Shown here in pieces: positions 10,154 through 19,036 of a DNA stretch of 64,000 nucleotides. Numbering within the stretch: position 1 is the first letter of the stretch; the number at the start of each line of letters is the position of its first letter. Source of the stretch: Thermoanaerobaculia bacterium (GTDB taxonomy: Bacteria; Acidobacteriota; Thermoanaerobaculia; Multivoradales; JAHEKO01); NCBI GenBank assembly GCA_947259725.1, contig CAMYNM010000001.1, forward strand, positions 136,190 to 200,189, read 5' to 3'. The translations under genes and the position numbers were made by a program. A model generated the notes under the pieces. That model had not been told where the DNA came from and ran no database searches. It was given only the letters and a program-made list of their open reading frames with translations.

Positions 10154-10257
10154 TTCATGCGGCCTAACTCCCCTGGTGCTCAGACCTCGCCGATTCTAGC
10201 GCGGAGTGCCGGGCACGGCCCGAACGCCACGCCCGACACCGAGTCCCGAGTCCTCGT

Positions 10258-10545
10258 CTACGAAGGAACCCAGATCTTTCTGGCCACCACGAGCTCCACC
10301 TGCGTGGGCAGCTCGAGAGGCTCGCCGCTCTTGGTGTGAAAGGCCAGTCCCTTGTGGCTCATCAGGTACTTGTAACCACCCCAGAAGGCCTCGGCCATGA
10401 CCACCATTGGCTGCTCACTGCGCCCGACGAGCTTGAGAAAATCGCCCGGTTCCACTCGAACGATCGCTCCCGATGCCTTGACTGCCTGCGCTATCGTGGC
10501 CGCCGCCGCCGCGGCCGCGGCAGCTCCGGCTGCGGCACTACTCAC
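10258..10545 (-). CDS. Small hypothetical protein with poly-Ala N-terminus
   Basis: GTG at 10545 after GAGGAGG; AAAAA..IAQAVKASGAIVRVEP...YKYL...GLAFHTKS reads as a real small protein. Confidence 0.7.
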   Translation of the reverse strand: MSSAAAGAAAAAAAAATIAQAVKASGAIVRVEPGDFLKLVGRSEQPMVVMAEAFWGGYKYLMSHKGLAFHTKSGEPLELPTQVELVVARKIWVPS

Positions 10546-10775
10546 GGGAAACCTCCTCTCGATCAACACACTACCGGCACGGCTCGCGCGGCTCCAACAC
10601 CCGCAGGGGTGGAACTTCCCGCAGACAAGCACTCATCGCACCTTCGCTGGCGCACCTTTACCAGGCGGCACTGCTTCAGGACCTGGTACTGTGGGTGTGT
10701 AAACTCTGTTGCAGCGTCTCGGTTTCGCTGAAGCCTCGAGAGGGCAGAAACCGCTCTCTCGCGGAAAAGAGATCC

Positions 10776-13769
10776 ATGACAGAACAGGAAGGCATTCGCC
10801 GCGCCGCCGAGGAACTGGTCGAGCTTCTCGGGCCGGCACAGGAGGAGATGCTCCACCGCCGGAAGATCTTCATCCAGCGGGCTCGGGCGACGGCACACGA
10901 GGCGCTCTTCTATCTCGGCATGCTCTACCCCACCGGTCGAGACGACAAGGACCGAGCGGTGGTCGGGTACTGCGGCTTCGCGCTGAGGCAGGTAGCGAGC
11001 CTGTGGGGACGGGTCAAGCTCGCCGAGGGAAGCCTCGAGGCCACACTTCCTCTCCTGACCGCCGAGGCCGAGGGTGAGCCTACGCCTGCGGCGCGCCAGA
11101 TCGAAAAGCTCGAGCCCGCGATCGAGGACTGGAAGGCGATCGGCGGCAAGCTCCACGAGCTTTTCCTCCCGGATCTCGAAGTGGAAGACGGAAGCGTTAC
11201 CGAGGTCGAGGGCCCTACCCTCGACGACGCGCGTGAGATACGAAAGCGCTTCGAGAGTTTTCTCGATCGATCTCTGCCCGAATCGTTCTGGGAGCGCATC
11301 ATCACCTATCGCTTTTTCGACGGGCTCCGTCTGGCCCGCAAACGCATGACCTTCCTGATAGCGACGGCTCTCGTCGGCTTGGTGGTCTGGAACGTCGAAG
11401 TCGTCAACAGCCTCCTGGTCGATCACCGGTTCGGCACGCTCCTGGTCGTGCTGTATCTCGGGGCGCCCAGCCTGTACTGGCTGGTCGGGATCTGGCGGCG
11501 GCGCAAGCGCGAGGCCATCCCCCACTGGGACGTGGGCGGCAGGCCCTTCAGGAGCCTGCGCCACCCCGCGCTCGAGCCGGACGAGCTCATGCGGCGCTGG
11601 CCCGAGCGGCTCAGCCAGACTCGAATCGCGGTTCCGGTCGCGACCGCGGAGGAGTTCGTCCAGGACGATCCAGGCTTCTGGAAACGGCTCTTGAACGACC
11701 TGCGCCCGCCCGAATCCGACGGTATGGTGCGGCTGACCCACAGCGGCGTTAACCACCGCCTCAAGTGGACTCTCATCGTCTGGGCCGTCGGTATCGCGGT
11801 CGTCTTCGCCTGGCCCCGAGCAACCTCGATGACCACGGTCTACTCGATCACCGCTCTCCTCATGGCCGTCGTCTGGGTGGCGCGAGCCCTCGACTTCTGG
11901 GAGTTCCTGGAGCCGCTACCGATCCGGCTCATCCTGCTCGGGTTCGCCCTGCTCGCTGGAGTCGGCCTGTGGTTCGGCCTCGAGCAGTACTTCGCGATTC
12001 TCTATCTCGCCGGCGCCTTCCTGTACTGGCGTTGGTACCGGCGAAACCCGCGGCGCACGACCCGCAAGCGCGTGGCCTGGGCGCTGGTGGCCTGCGCGGC
12101 ACTCAACGTCTCGGGACTCATTACCCAGCAACGGGCCCACTGGGAGGCGGCAGGATACCGTCCCCCGCTGTTCGAACGCGCGCTCGTCTGGCTCGAAGAC
12201 GAAGAGCCCTCCAAGGCGCTCGAGCGGACCGACGATTGGCCACTGGGTGATGACGAGGGCGAGCCGGTGGTGGTGATCGCCGCCTCCGGCGGCGGCTCGC
12301 GTGCCGCCTACTACACCGGGCTGACTCTCGAGCGCCTGCACGAGACCAAGGAGCTCAGGCCGATCGCCAAGAACATTCAGGCCATCAGCAGCGTCTCCGG
12401 AGGCAGCCTCGCCAACGCCGCCTATGTGGTGCGCCGCTATCGCGCGGCACGAAGCGGCGGCAGCGCCGTGACCAGCACCGACGACCTGACCGAGGCGCTG
12501 CGGCAGGACTTCATCCGCTACACCCTGTGGGGTCTGCTGGCGCCCGGCCTGAATCGCGGTGACGGCATCGAGCAAGCGTGGCAAGGGTTCGAGCCACGGG
12601 TTCCCAAGGACTATCTCCATTTCCATCGCTATCCGTGCGGAACGACTCCGGATCTGCCGATGCGGGACGACAACGTCGGTCTCGGCAACCTCTGCCTCGG
12701 GGATCTCGCCGACGTCTGGCGCGCTCACCCAAAAAACGAACCGCCCCCCTTCCCCATGCCGTTGTTCAACACCACGTCTCTCGACGGCCACAACATCGTG
12801 GTGAGCCCGCTCGCCAAAGAGCTCTACACCAACCCGAGGCTCCATCGCCTCGCGGACGATCGTCCCGTTCTCCGGCGCCAAACCTGGGTGTTCGACCGTG
12901 ACGGCATCTATGGCCTCGAAGACGTTTTGCCCGACGATTACAACACTCACATCTCAGCCGCAGTGCGAGCATCGGCGAACTTCCCGTTCGGATTCCCCCT
13001 GGTGCGGGTGAGGAGCCACGAGAAGCTCTTCTTCAGCCCGCGCGCAAAGCCCCGGGACCCTCGAGTCCCAAAGCAGATCGACGTCACCGATGGAGGCGCC
13101 CTGAGCAATTCGGGCATGTTCTCGCTCTACAACCTGCTCATCAACCGGAGTGCTGCGCTCCGGGAACGCGGCGTGCTGCTGATCATCGTCGACGCGAGCA
13201 AAATGCCCAGTTACCCCGATTTCAAGAGGAAGAAGATGACCAATCTGGCCGGCGCGATCAGTGATCAGAGCCCGATCGGCCAGCAGCTCCACCGCCGAAT
13301 GTACGACCTCCTCCAGGCCGTCTACGGCGACATGATCGCCGTCTCCAAGATCGACCTGACGCCCGAGGAGCCGAAGAACGTCCTCACGACCTGGGCACTG
13401 AGCAGCAAGTCGGTCAAGCTCCTGCGAAACGTGTTCAAGGAAAGATGGGCCGAAGAAGGCGCGACCCTGGCGCCCAAGTGGAGGCACCTCGTCGCCGCCA
13501 ACCGCGATCGGCGAAAGGCCCGCACCGAGCTTGCAGCACTTCGTGAGCTTCCGCCGGCCGAGCGGGCCGGCCGGCTCGAGTCGCTTCTCTCCCGCGCTCT
13601 CGGTCCAGAGGCCTCCCGGACGCTCTCGCCGGTCGAACGGCGCATGCTCCAGGTTCTTCGCGACCGGTATCTGGCGCCGAGCAACGAGACCATCGACTCG
13701 CTGACGATCACTGACGAGCAGAACCGCGCCTTGGCCCTCGTCAGCCACGACCGGCCGCCGCTCGATTAG
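10776..13769 (+). CDS. Multi-pass membrane patatin-like phospholipase
   Basis: ASGGGSRAA oxyanion motif, SSVSGGS nucleophile, SANFP, TDGG; about 8 hydrophobic segments before the catalytic domain. Confidence 0.85.
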   Translation: MTEQEGIRRAAEELVELLGPAQEEMLHRRKIFIQRARATAHEALFYLGMLYPTGRDDKDRAVVGYCGFALRQVASLWGRVKLAEGSLEATLPLLTAEAEGEPTPAARQIEKLEPAIEDWKAIGGKLHELFLPDLEVEDGSVTEVEGPTLDDAREIRKRFESFLDRSLPESFWERIITYRFFDGLRLARKRMTFLIATALVGLVVWNVEVVNSLLVDHRFGTLLVVLYLGAPSLYWLVGIWRRRKREAIPHWDVGGRPFRSLRHPALEPDELMRRWPERLSQTRIAVPVATAEEFVQDDPGFWKRLLNDLRPPESDGMVRLTHSGVNHRLKWTLIVWAVGIAVVFAWPRATSMTTVYSITALLMAVVWVARALDFWEFLEPLPIRLILLGFALLAGVGLWFGLEQYFAILYLAGAFLYWRWYRRNPRRTTRKRVAWALVACAALNVSGLITQQRAHWEAAGYRPPLFERALVWLEDEEPSKALERTDDWPLGDDEGEPVVVIAASGGGSRAAYYTGLTLERLHETKELRPIAKNIQAISSVSGGSLANAAYVVRRYRAARSGGSAVTSTDDLTEALRQDFIRYTLWGLLAPGLNRGDGIEQAWQGFEPRVPKDYLHFHRYPCGTTPDLPMRDDNVGLGNLCLGDLADVWRAHPKNEPPPFPMPLFNTTSLDGHNIVVSPLAKELYTNPRLHRLADDRPVLRRQTWVFDRDGIYGLEDVLPDDYNTHISAAVRASANFPFGFPLVRVRSHEKLFFSPRAKPRDPRVPKQIDVTDGGALSNSGMFSLYNLLINRSAALRERGVLLIIVDASKMPSYPDFKRKKMTNLAGAISDQSPIGQQLHRRMYDLLQAVYGDMIAVSKIDLTPEEPKNVLTTWALSSKSVKLLRNVFKERWAEEGATLAPKWRHLVAANRDRRKARTELAALRELPPAERAGRLESLLSRALGPEASRTLSPVERRMLQVLRDRYLAPSNETIDSLTITDEQNRALALVSHDRPPLD

Positions 13770-13973
13770 CGCTAGGATTGCCCACCGCGCGCGGCGCGCA
13801 TATTGCTCATCGCACCGCGAGATCCTCGGTCGCTCTTCAAACCACCAGGCGGCCGCTTCGTCGCACGATCCGGCTACTTCGCATCAGTTCGCTTGACCTC
13901 GGCCCCGGTCACTCCCATTCTGGATCCCGGCTCGAGGACGAGTCGTCGAACGAAATCCTAGGAGGAGGTTCCG

Positions 13974-14250
13974 ATGAGCATCGCGACACGCCGGTCGTTT
14001 CCACTGGCCGCCGCCAGCGTGGTGGGTGGGCTGGCACTCACTCTCCTCGGCGCGATCGACGCGCGCAGGATTTTCCACCTTGGCTACAACCGAGTTCGTT
14101 TCCTCGGAGCTCGACGAGTACGAAATGATCGCAAAAGAACAGCTCGAGCTGCCGTCGGGCACAGGTTGTGACGGTTGGGTCATCGAAAAAAGAAGCTGGG
14201 CAAACGACTACCAGTCGAAGGAACGGATCTGGGTGTCCGCAAGGCGCCGT
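13974..14250 (+). pseudogene. Remnant of a secreted protein gene (Tat-like signal peptide plus out-of-frame globular fragment)
   Basis: GGAGGAGG RBS, then MSIATRRSFPLAAASVVGGLALTLLGA; protein-like sequence (EYEMIAKEQLELPSGTGCDGWVIEK...ERIWVS) continues in the +1 frame. Confidence 0.4.
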
Positions 14251-14400
14251 TCGTCTTCCGACGGCATCGAGACATCGGGGGGAACTTCTCACCCGGTGCG
14301 CTACAATGGTTCGGTTGAGCGACACACCCTCGCCCCGCCGGCTTGCCGGCCGGCGCGGGCTGGGCCAGCCGTTCCCGAAACAACTCAAAGGAGGCGAACG

Positions 14401-15723
14401 ATGGGAACCGCCTACATCACCGACCGCACCACCACCTTCTACAAGAACGCCGCCGGATCGAGCCGTCACGGCTACCTCATCTTCGGCGACGAGGTCGAGA
14501 CTACCGGCAACACGACCAACAACCGCCGCCCGATCCGCTTTCGCAGTTACGACGGGTTCGTCGCGTCGAGTGATATCGGCCACGAGGCGCCGCTCGAGTT
14601 CTACAGCGTGGACGTCGGTCAGGGTGACGCCACCTTCATCGTCACTCCGGGTCGCAAGAAGATCCTGATCGACGGCGGTTTGAACCACCGTGCCCTCGGG
14701 TTTCTCGTCTGGAGATACCGGCTCGACCAGCCCGCAAACTCGGTCGATATCGACCTCATGGTCCTGACTCACGCCGACGGCGACCACTTGAAAGGCCTGA
14801 TACCGATTCTCGAGCATCCGCGGATCCACGTCGCCCGGATCGTCCACAACGGCATAGCGCTCTTCGACGGCGGCCGCGACACCCCCCTTGGCGACCTGGA
14901 CCCGAGCGAGGAGTTCTTGACCACGCGGCACAGCAGCCTGGCCGAGCTCAGTGCGCTCAACCAACTGACCACGGACATGACCAACTGGCGTGACGCCGTG
15001 GCCCAGGAAGGCGCGCTGTACGAGGCCGTCGATACCGCGACAGCTGCGCTCGACGTCGGCGATCCGGCTATTGCAATCGACGTCCTCGGGCCCCACCGCG
15101 AAACCGACGGCACGTACAAATGGCTCGGCAACTTGAGCAAACACAGCCACACCATTAACGGGCACTCGGTGGTCCTGCGCTTGACCCACGACAACTTCTC
15201 GATTCTTCTGTCGGGAGACCTCAACCCCGAGGGCAGCGAGCATCTCCTGGCGGTACCGGACCTGGTGGCCAAGATGGACGCCCACGTTTTCAAGACACCT
15301 CACCACGGCTCTCACTTCTTCGACCTGGACCTTCTCGAAGCGATTCGGCCGCAGGTCTCGACCATCTCCTCAGGCGACGTGCCTGACTACGGCCACCCCC
15401 GAGCCGTCTTTCTGGGAGCCCTGGGCTTGGCCTCGCGTTCGACTGCGCCGCTCATCTTCTCGACCGAGGTCGCCGCAACATTCGTCGGCGACGGCGAGAC
15501 CGCCGATCCCGATGACGGCACGGAGATCGACGGCCTGGACTTCACCACCATCGTCGGCAACAAAACCGCCCGCAAGCGCTTCAAGCTCATGCTGCCCGGG
15601 ATCATCAACATCCGCACGGACGGCGAAGACCTCTACGCTCACCGCAGGGTCAACGCCTCCTACCAATGGGAATCCTACGGCCCGGTCGCCCCCGCCCCCC
15701 GGCCAACGGTGTTCGGGCCCTAG
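14401..15723 (+). CDS. ComEC/Rec2-like metallo-beta-lactamase-fold hydrolase with N-terminal SH3-like region and no membrane domain
   Basis: VDVGQGDA, THADGDH, NGHSVV, SGD, PHHGS and YGHP motifs; AGGAGG RBS before ATG 14401; TACAAT at 14302. Confidence 0.85.
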   Translation: MGTAYITDRTTTFYKNAAGSSRHGYLIFGDEVETTGNTTNNRRPIRFRSYDGFVASSDIGHEAPLEFYSVDVGQGDATFIVTPGRKKILIDGGLNHRALGFLVWRYRLDQPANSVDIDLMVLTHADGDHLKGLIPILEHPRIHVARIVHNGIALFDGGRDTPLGDLDPSEEFLTTRHSSLAELSALNQLTTDMTNWRDAVAQEGALYEAVDTATAALDVGDPAIAIDVLGPHRETDGTYKWLGNLSKHSHTINGHSVVLRLTHDNFSILLSGDLNPEGSEHLLAVPDLVAKMDAHVFKTPHHGSHFFDLDLLEAIRPQVSTISSGDVPDYGHPRAVFLGALGLASRSTAPLIFSTEVAATFVGDGETADPDDGTEIDGLDFTTIVGNKTARKRFKLMLPGIINIRTDGEDLYAHRRVNASYQWESYGPVAPAPRPTVFGP

Positions 15724-15751
15724 TTGAGCGGCGAGAGGCGCGCGGCCCCCT

Positions 15752-17851
15752 CTACACCCTTTTCAAAAGCCAAACCACCGCGAACACCCACAGAACCAGA
15801 ACCGCCGGCCCCCAGGCTTCTACGGGTGGAATGGTCGCGGCGGCGACGCCGGGAAAGAGCCGCCCCGCAACCCATACCACCGCGCCGCTCCCGATCGCGA
15901 GCGCGACCGGAAACGCCGCAAAGCTTCTGAGCTGCCAGAGCTTTCGCTTGTAGGCCCGCTGGCGCCAGGCGAGAACGAGATACGCTGCCAGAATCACCGC
16001 CCCTACCCCACCCAGCACCCACGGGTTCGTCACCACCGCCGCCCCAAGCCTTACGGCCTTCGGCCACACCCACAAGATCCCGGCCGGCGCCAGAACCAGA
16101 AGCAGTAGAACGATAGTCACCCACAGCAGCACGTTGCCCCATCCCAGAAACGCCGCGAGCCCCGCGTGCCTCTCCTTCCACTGCTCCTTGGGCACCTCGG
16201 GCGCCCCATCGATCCTGTCCAAAACGAAGTCCGCGATCCCGTCCCAGAGCGGCTCCTCCTTGCCCGCACCGTGCCCACCCTTGACGTAGCGAACCGTGTG
16301 GACGTCCGGGTGCTCCACCTGGGTAAAGCCGGCGTGCCCCGCCCCACCCAGGTCCTGGAGGTTGTAGAGCCCCAGAAAGCGCGGAAACGACGCCACCACC
16401 CAGTCGCCCGTCGCCGTCATGTTCAAGACCTTCTTGACCTGCCTTTTCGGCTCTCCCTGCTCTCCACCACGGTTCGCGCTCCCCACCACAGCAGGCTCGC
16501 CGGTATCCTTCTTCGTCCCGATGAGCTTCGCCCAGTCGTACTCCTCCCGCACGATGCTCCCGGCAAAGACCACGTTGTCGAACCGGCAAAGCTCGTAGGT
16601 CTCGAGCGCCTTGGCGACAACGTAGGTGCCGTGGCTGTGGCCGATGTAGCTGAAGCGGGCGTTCGGATAGAGCGAGCGCATCTTCAAGTAGCGCTCCATG
16701 AGCCATCCCACCTTCTTCCATCGCGCCCCGGGCAGAAGAAACGGCCCCATGCCGAAGTAGCCGTAGCTGTCGACCATTTTCTCGATCCGTTCAGGCCTTT
16801 CGCGCACCTTGTTGCGCTCCCAGATCCGCCGAGCGACCTTGTCAGTCCAGTGCCCGTCGTCGCGAATGCCGTGGACGACGAAGATCACGTGCTCAACGGC
16901 TTCTCTGCGGGCAAGCTCGTCAGCGTCGGGCACCTCGAGCTCCCACGGGCGGACCTCCTCCTCTTCGATCGCCTCGACCGATCCGAGAAGAGCGAGCACG
17001 AAACGTCCCCGCCGATGTTCCCGCGCCTCGGCGTCCGACTCGGCCTTGGCCCTCTCCTCTTCCGACAGGCCCTCGCCGACCCCGCGCCGCTCCATGAAGA
17101 GAATCTCGAGGTGGCTCGTCCTCGCGACATCGAGATAGCGAAACCGGCTTCCGGTCACGAGATCCAGGCTGTCTTCAGGCCCCACGATGTCGTCGATCGA
17201 GCCCAAAAGCTGGACCACGAGCGGAAGCCGTGCCGCCTCACCTCGGTCGGCCTTCTGTTGCTCCTCGAGCCACTCGAGCCGCATGCGAGTCAGAAACGCC
17301 GAGCCCCGCAGCACCGTGTACATGATGGCCTCGAAGCCGAGGAGCCTGAGCGTGCCCGCCAGTAGGAGCGCGACGACCGTCTTGAGAACGGTCAGGACCT
17401 TCATGTGATGGTTGATGCCGACGCCACCGTTGATCGCCGCCAGCATCACGAAGCGTCTGCACACCCCCGCGGCTGCCCACTCGGCCTGCTCCCGGCGACC
17501 TCGCAGGAGCATCGCCCGCCCGTAGACCCCGCCCATGCTGTGGCCGACGATCCGGAGCGCCCGGTACCGGCCCGCCGCCCAGATAGCGCTCAGGTCGTGA
17601 CACAGGTCCTCGACCACCCGCTTTCCGTCCGCCGGCAGAAACGGCAACTGAAAGGGCATCTTCGGCACCCACACCTCGGCCTCGGGCAGGTGCTCCTTCA
17701 CGGCCGCCACGACCTCGTCGATCCTCTGGTACCCGTTCAGGATACCGTGCAGCACCACCACCAGCTCGGGCATTGTCGTCGGCGGAAGCTTGCCGTTTTC
17801 GAGCGCGATCGTCGAAACGCCCGGTTTGGTCACCAGCCTCAGGTCGCTCAT
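15752..17851 (-). CDS. Tandem double alpha/beta-hydrolase with C-terminal transmembrane helices
   Basis: Domain 1: VLHG, GHSMG, GSIDDIV, SH. Domain 2: VVHG, GHSHG, TGDWVV, GHG. About 4 TM helices at the C-terminus. Confidence 0.8.
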   Translation of the reverse strand: MSDLRLVTKPGVSTIALENGKLPPTTMPELVVVLHGILNGYQRIDEVVAAVKEHLPEAEVWVPKMPFQLPFLPADGKRVVEDLCHDLSAIWAAGRYRALRIVGHSMGGVYGRAMLLRGRREQAEWAAAGVCRRFVMLAAINGGVGINHHMKVLTVLKTVVALLLAGTLRLLGFEAIMYTVLRGSAFLTRMRLEWLEEQQKADRGEAARLPLVVQLLGSIDDIVGPEDSLDLVTGSRFRYLDVARTSHLEILFMERRGVGEGLSEEERAKAESDAEAREHRRGRFVLALLGSVEAIEEEEVRPWELEVPDADELARREAVEHVIFVVHGIRDDGHWTDKVARRIWERNKVRERPERIEKMVDSYGYFGMGPFLLPGARWKKVGWLMERYLKMRSLYPNARFSYIGHSHGTYVVAKALETYELCRFDNVVFAGSIVREEYDWAKLIGTKKDTGEPAVVGSANRGGEQGEPKRQVKKVLNMTATGDWVVASFPRFLGLYNLQDLGGAGHAGFTQVEHPDVHTVRYVKGGHGAGKEEPLWDGIADFVLDRIDGAPEVPKEQWKERHAGLAAFLGWGNVLLWVTIVLLLLVLAPAGILWVWPKAVRLGAAVVTNPWVLGGVGAVILAAYLVLAWRQRAYKRKLWQLRSFAAFPVALAIGSGAVVWVAGRLFPGVAAATIPPVEAWGPAVLVLWVFAVVWLLKRV

Positions 17852-17918
17852 GGGGTTCCCCTCCCTGATTGTCGGTTGCTGACCTGAAGTCTACAGGAGG
17901 GGTCCAGCGGAGCCCGGG

Positions 17919-18734
17919 CTAGAACCCCATGATCCGGTCCAGGTGCCCTCCCGGTACCACGCGGTAGCCCTTGCCTTCGGGAACGAGATGGAAGGGCATC
18001 GCGATGTCCCAGTACAGCCCCACCAGAAACTTCTCGGCGCCCTTGGCCGGCGAACGGCCGAACTCCCCTCCCTCCAGCCGTACCAGCTCATCCTGTCCGA
18101 TCTCGACCACCGGCATCTCGAGCGCAAGGTAGTAGTACTGGTCCTCGTAGGGCGGCTCGTAGCCGGAGTCGTAGAGCGAAACGGGATCGGTGCCTTTCGG
18201 CACGAGCCCACGTAACTTCTTGAGGTCGTGCTCGAGTAGCGCGATGAGATAGCGACGAACGACCGCCTCCGGGTCGTTCTTCTGAACCTGGCGCCCCTCG
18301 GCGTTTCGCCTCATCGCGCTCCACCAGCGCAGGTCGACCTTCCAACCGGCGTGAGTCTTCACCGTCGTAACTACCATGGGCACGCCACGGTAGGCCAGGC
18401 TGAAGCGGATCGAAGCCCCTTGTGGAAGAACTGCTTCGACCGACTCGCCCAGATCCTCGTACCCCGGAGCCAGATCGATCTCCAACCCCCGAATGTCGTC
18501 TCGCACCGCGGTCTTCGCCGCCTCCCCGAGCGCCTGCTTGCCGATGAAGCCCTCGAGCCCGGCTTCAGACGTCACGTGCTCCGAGGCTCCGGCTTCATCG
18601 TTCTGGTAGATGCCGACGAGAAACGCGCGCGCGACGCGCTCGGCGTCGTCAACCTCAGCCGCCGCCAGCTGACCCGGTACGCTCGAGAGCACCAGAGCGA
18701 TTGCGAGAGAACAGGTTCGCGTCATCCGTATCAT
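17919..18734 (-). CDS. Secreted hypothetical protein with two NTF2-like repeats
   Basis: Signal peptide; AERVARAFL...D....V...GWKVD repeated as PEAVVRRYL...D....LV...GYRVV; AGGAGGGG RBS. Confidence 0.7.
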   Translation of the reverse strand: MIRMTRTCSLAIALVLSSVPGQLAAAEVDDAERVARAFLVGIYQNDEAGASEHVTSEAGLEGFIGKQALGEAAKTAVRDDIRGLEIDLAPGYEDLGESVEAVLPQGASIRFSLAYRGVPMVVTTVKTHAGWKVDLRWWSAMRRNAEGRQVQKNDPEAVVRRYLIALLEHDLKKLRGLVPKGTDPVSLYDSGYEPPYEDQYYYLALEMPVVEIGQDELVRLEGGEFGRSPAKGAEKFLVGLYWDIAMPFHLVPEGKGYRVVPGGHLDRIMGF

Positions 18735-19036
18735 CGTTATCCCCTCCTTGGTCTGGCCAAAAGCTCTCTTTGCCCTGCAGAAGCTACCGACCGCCGGCTC
18801 CGGTCGCAGTGGAGCGAGTAACGGGGGTTACGCCGAGTCGGACCCGAGGAGCCGTCAGGTGCCACCGACTTCGCAGGAGGTAGCTCTTAGCAGACCGGGG
18901 AATCGGTAGGGCCCGGCGGTCGAGACGGTTCCTCGAAGACTGGCCCCTCTTGATCGACAGCACCTTGGCCGGGTCAGGCTCTGATCCAGCCGGCTTCGCC
19001 AAACCAGGGCGTCCAGTCGCCTTCTCGGGACTCGAC

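Noticed and set aside
15698-15730. attC-like GGCCAAC...GTTGAGC at the MBL stop
   Set aside because: Too short, the inverse core is not RYYYAAC, and there is no integron integrase or second site.
18930-18970. SAM-I riboswitch-like words (ATCAAGAG, AAGGTGC, GACTGGCCC)
   Set aside because: Elements are in the wrong order and split across strands.
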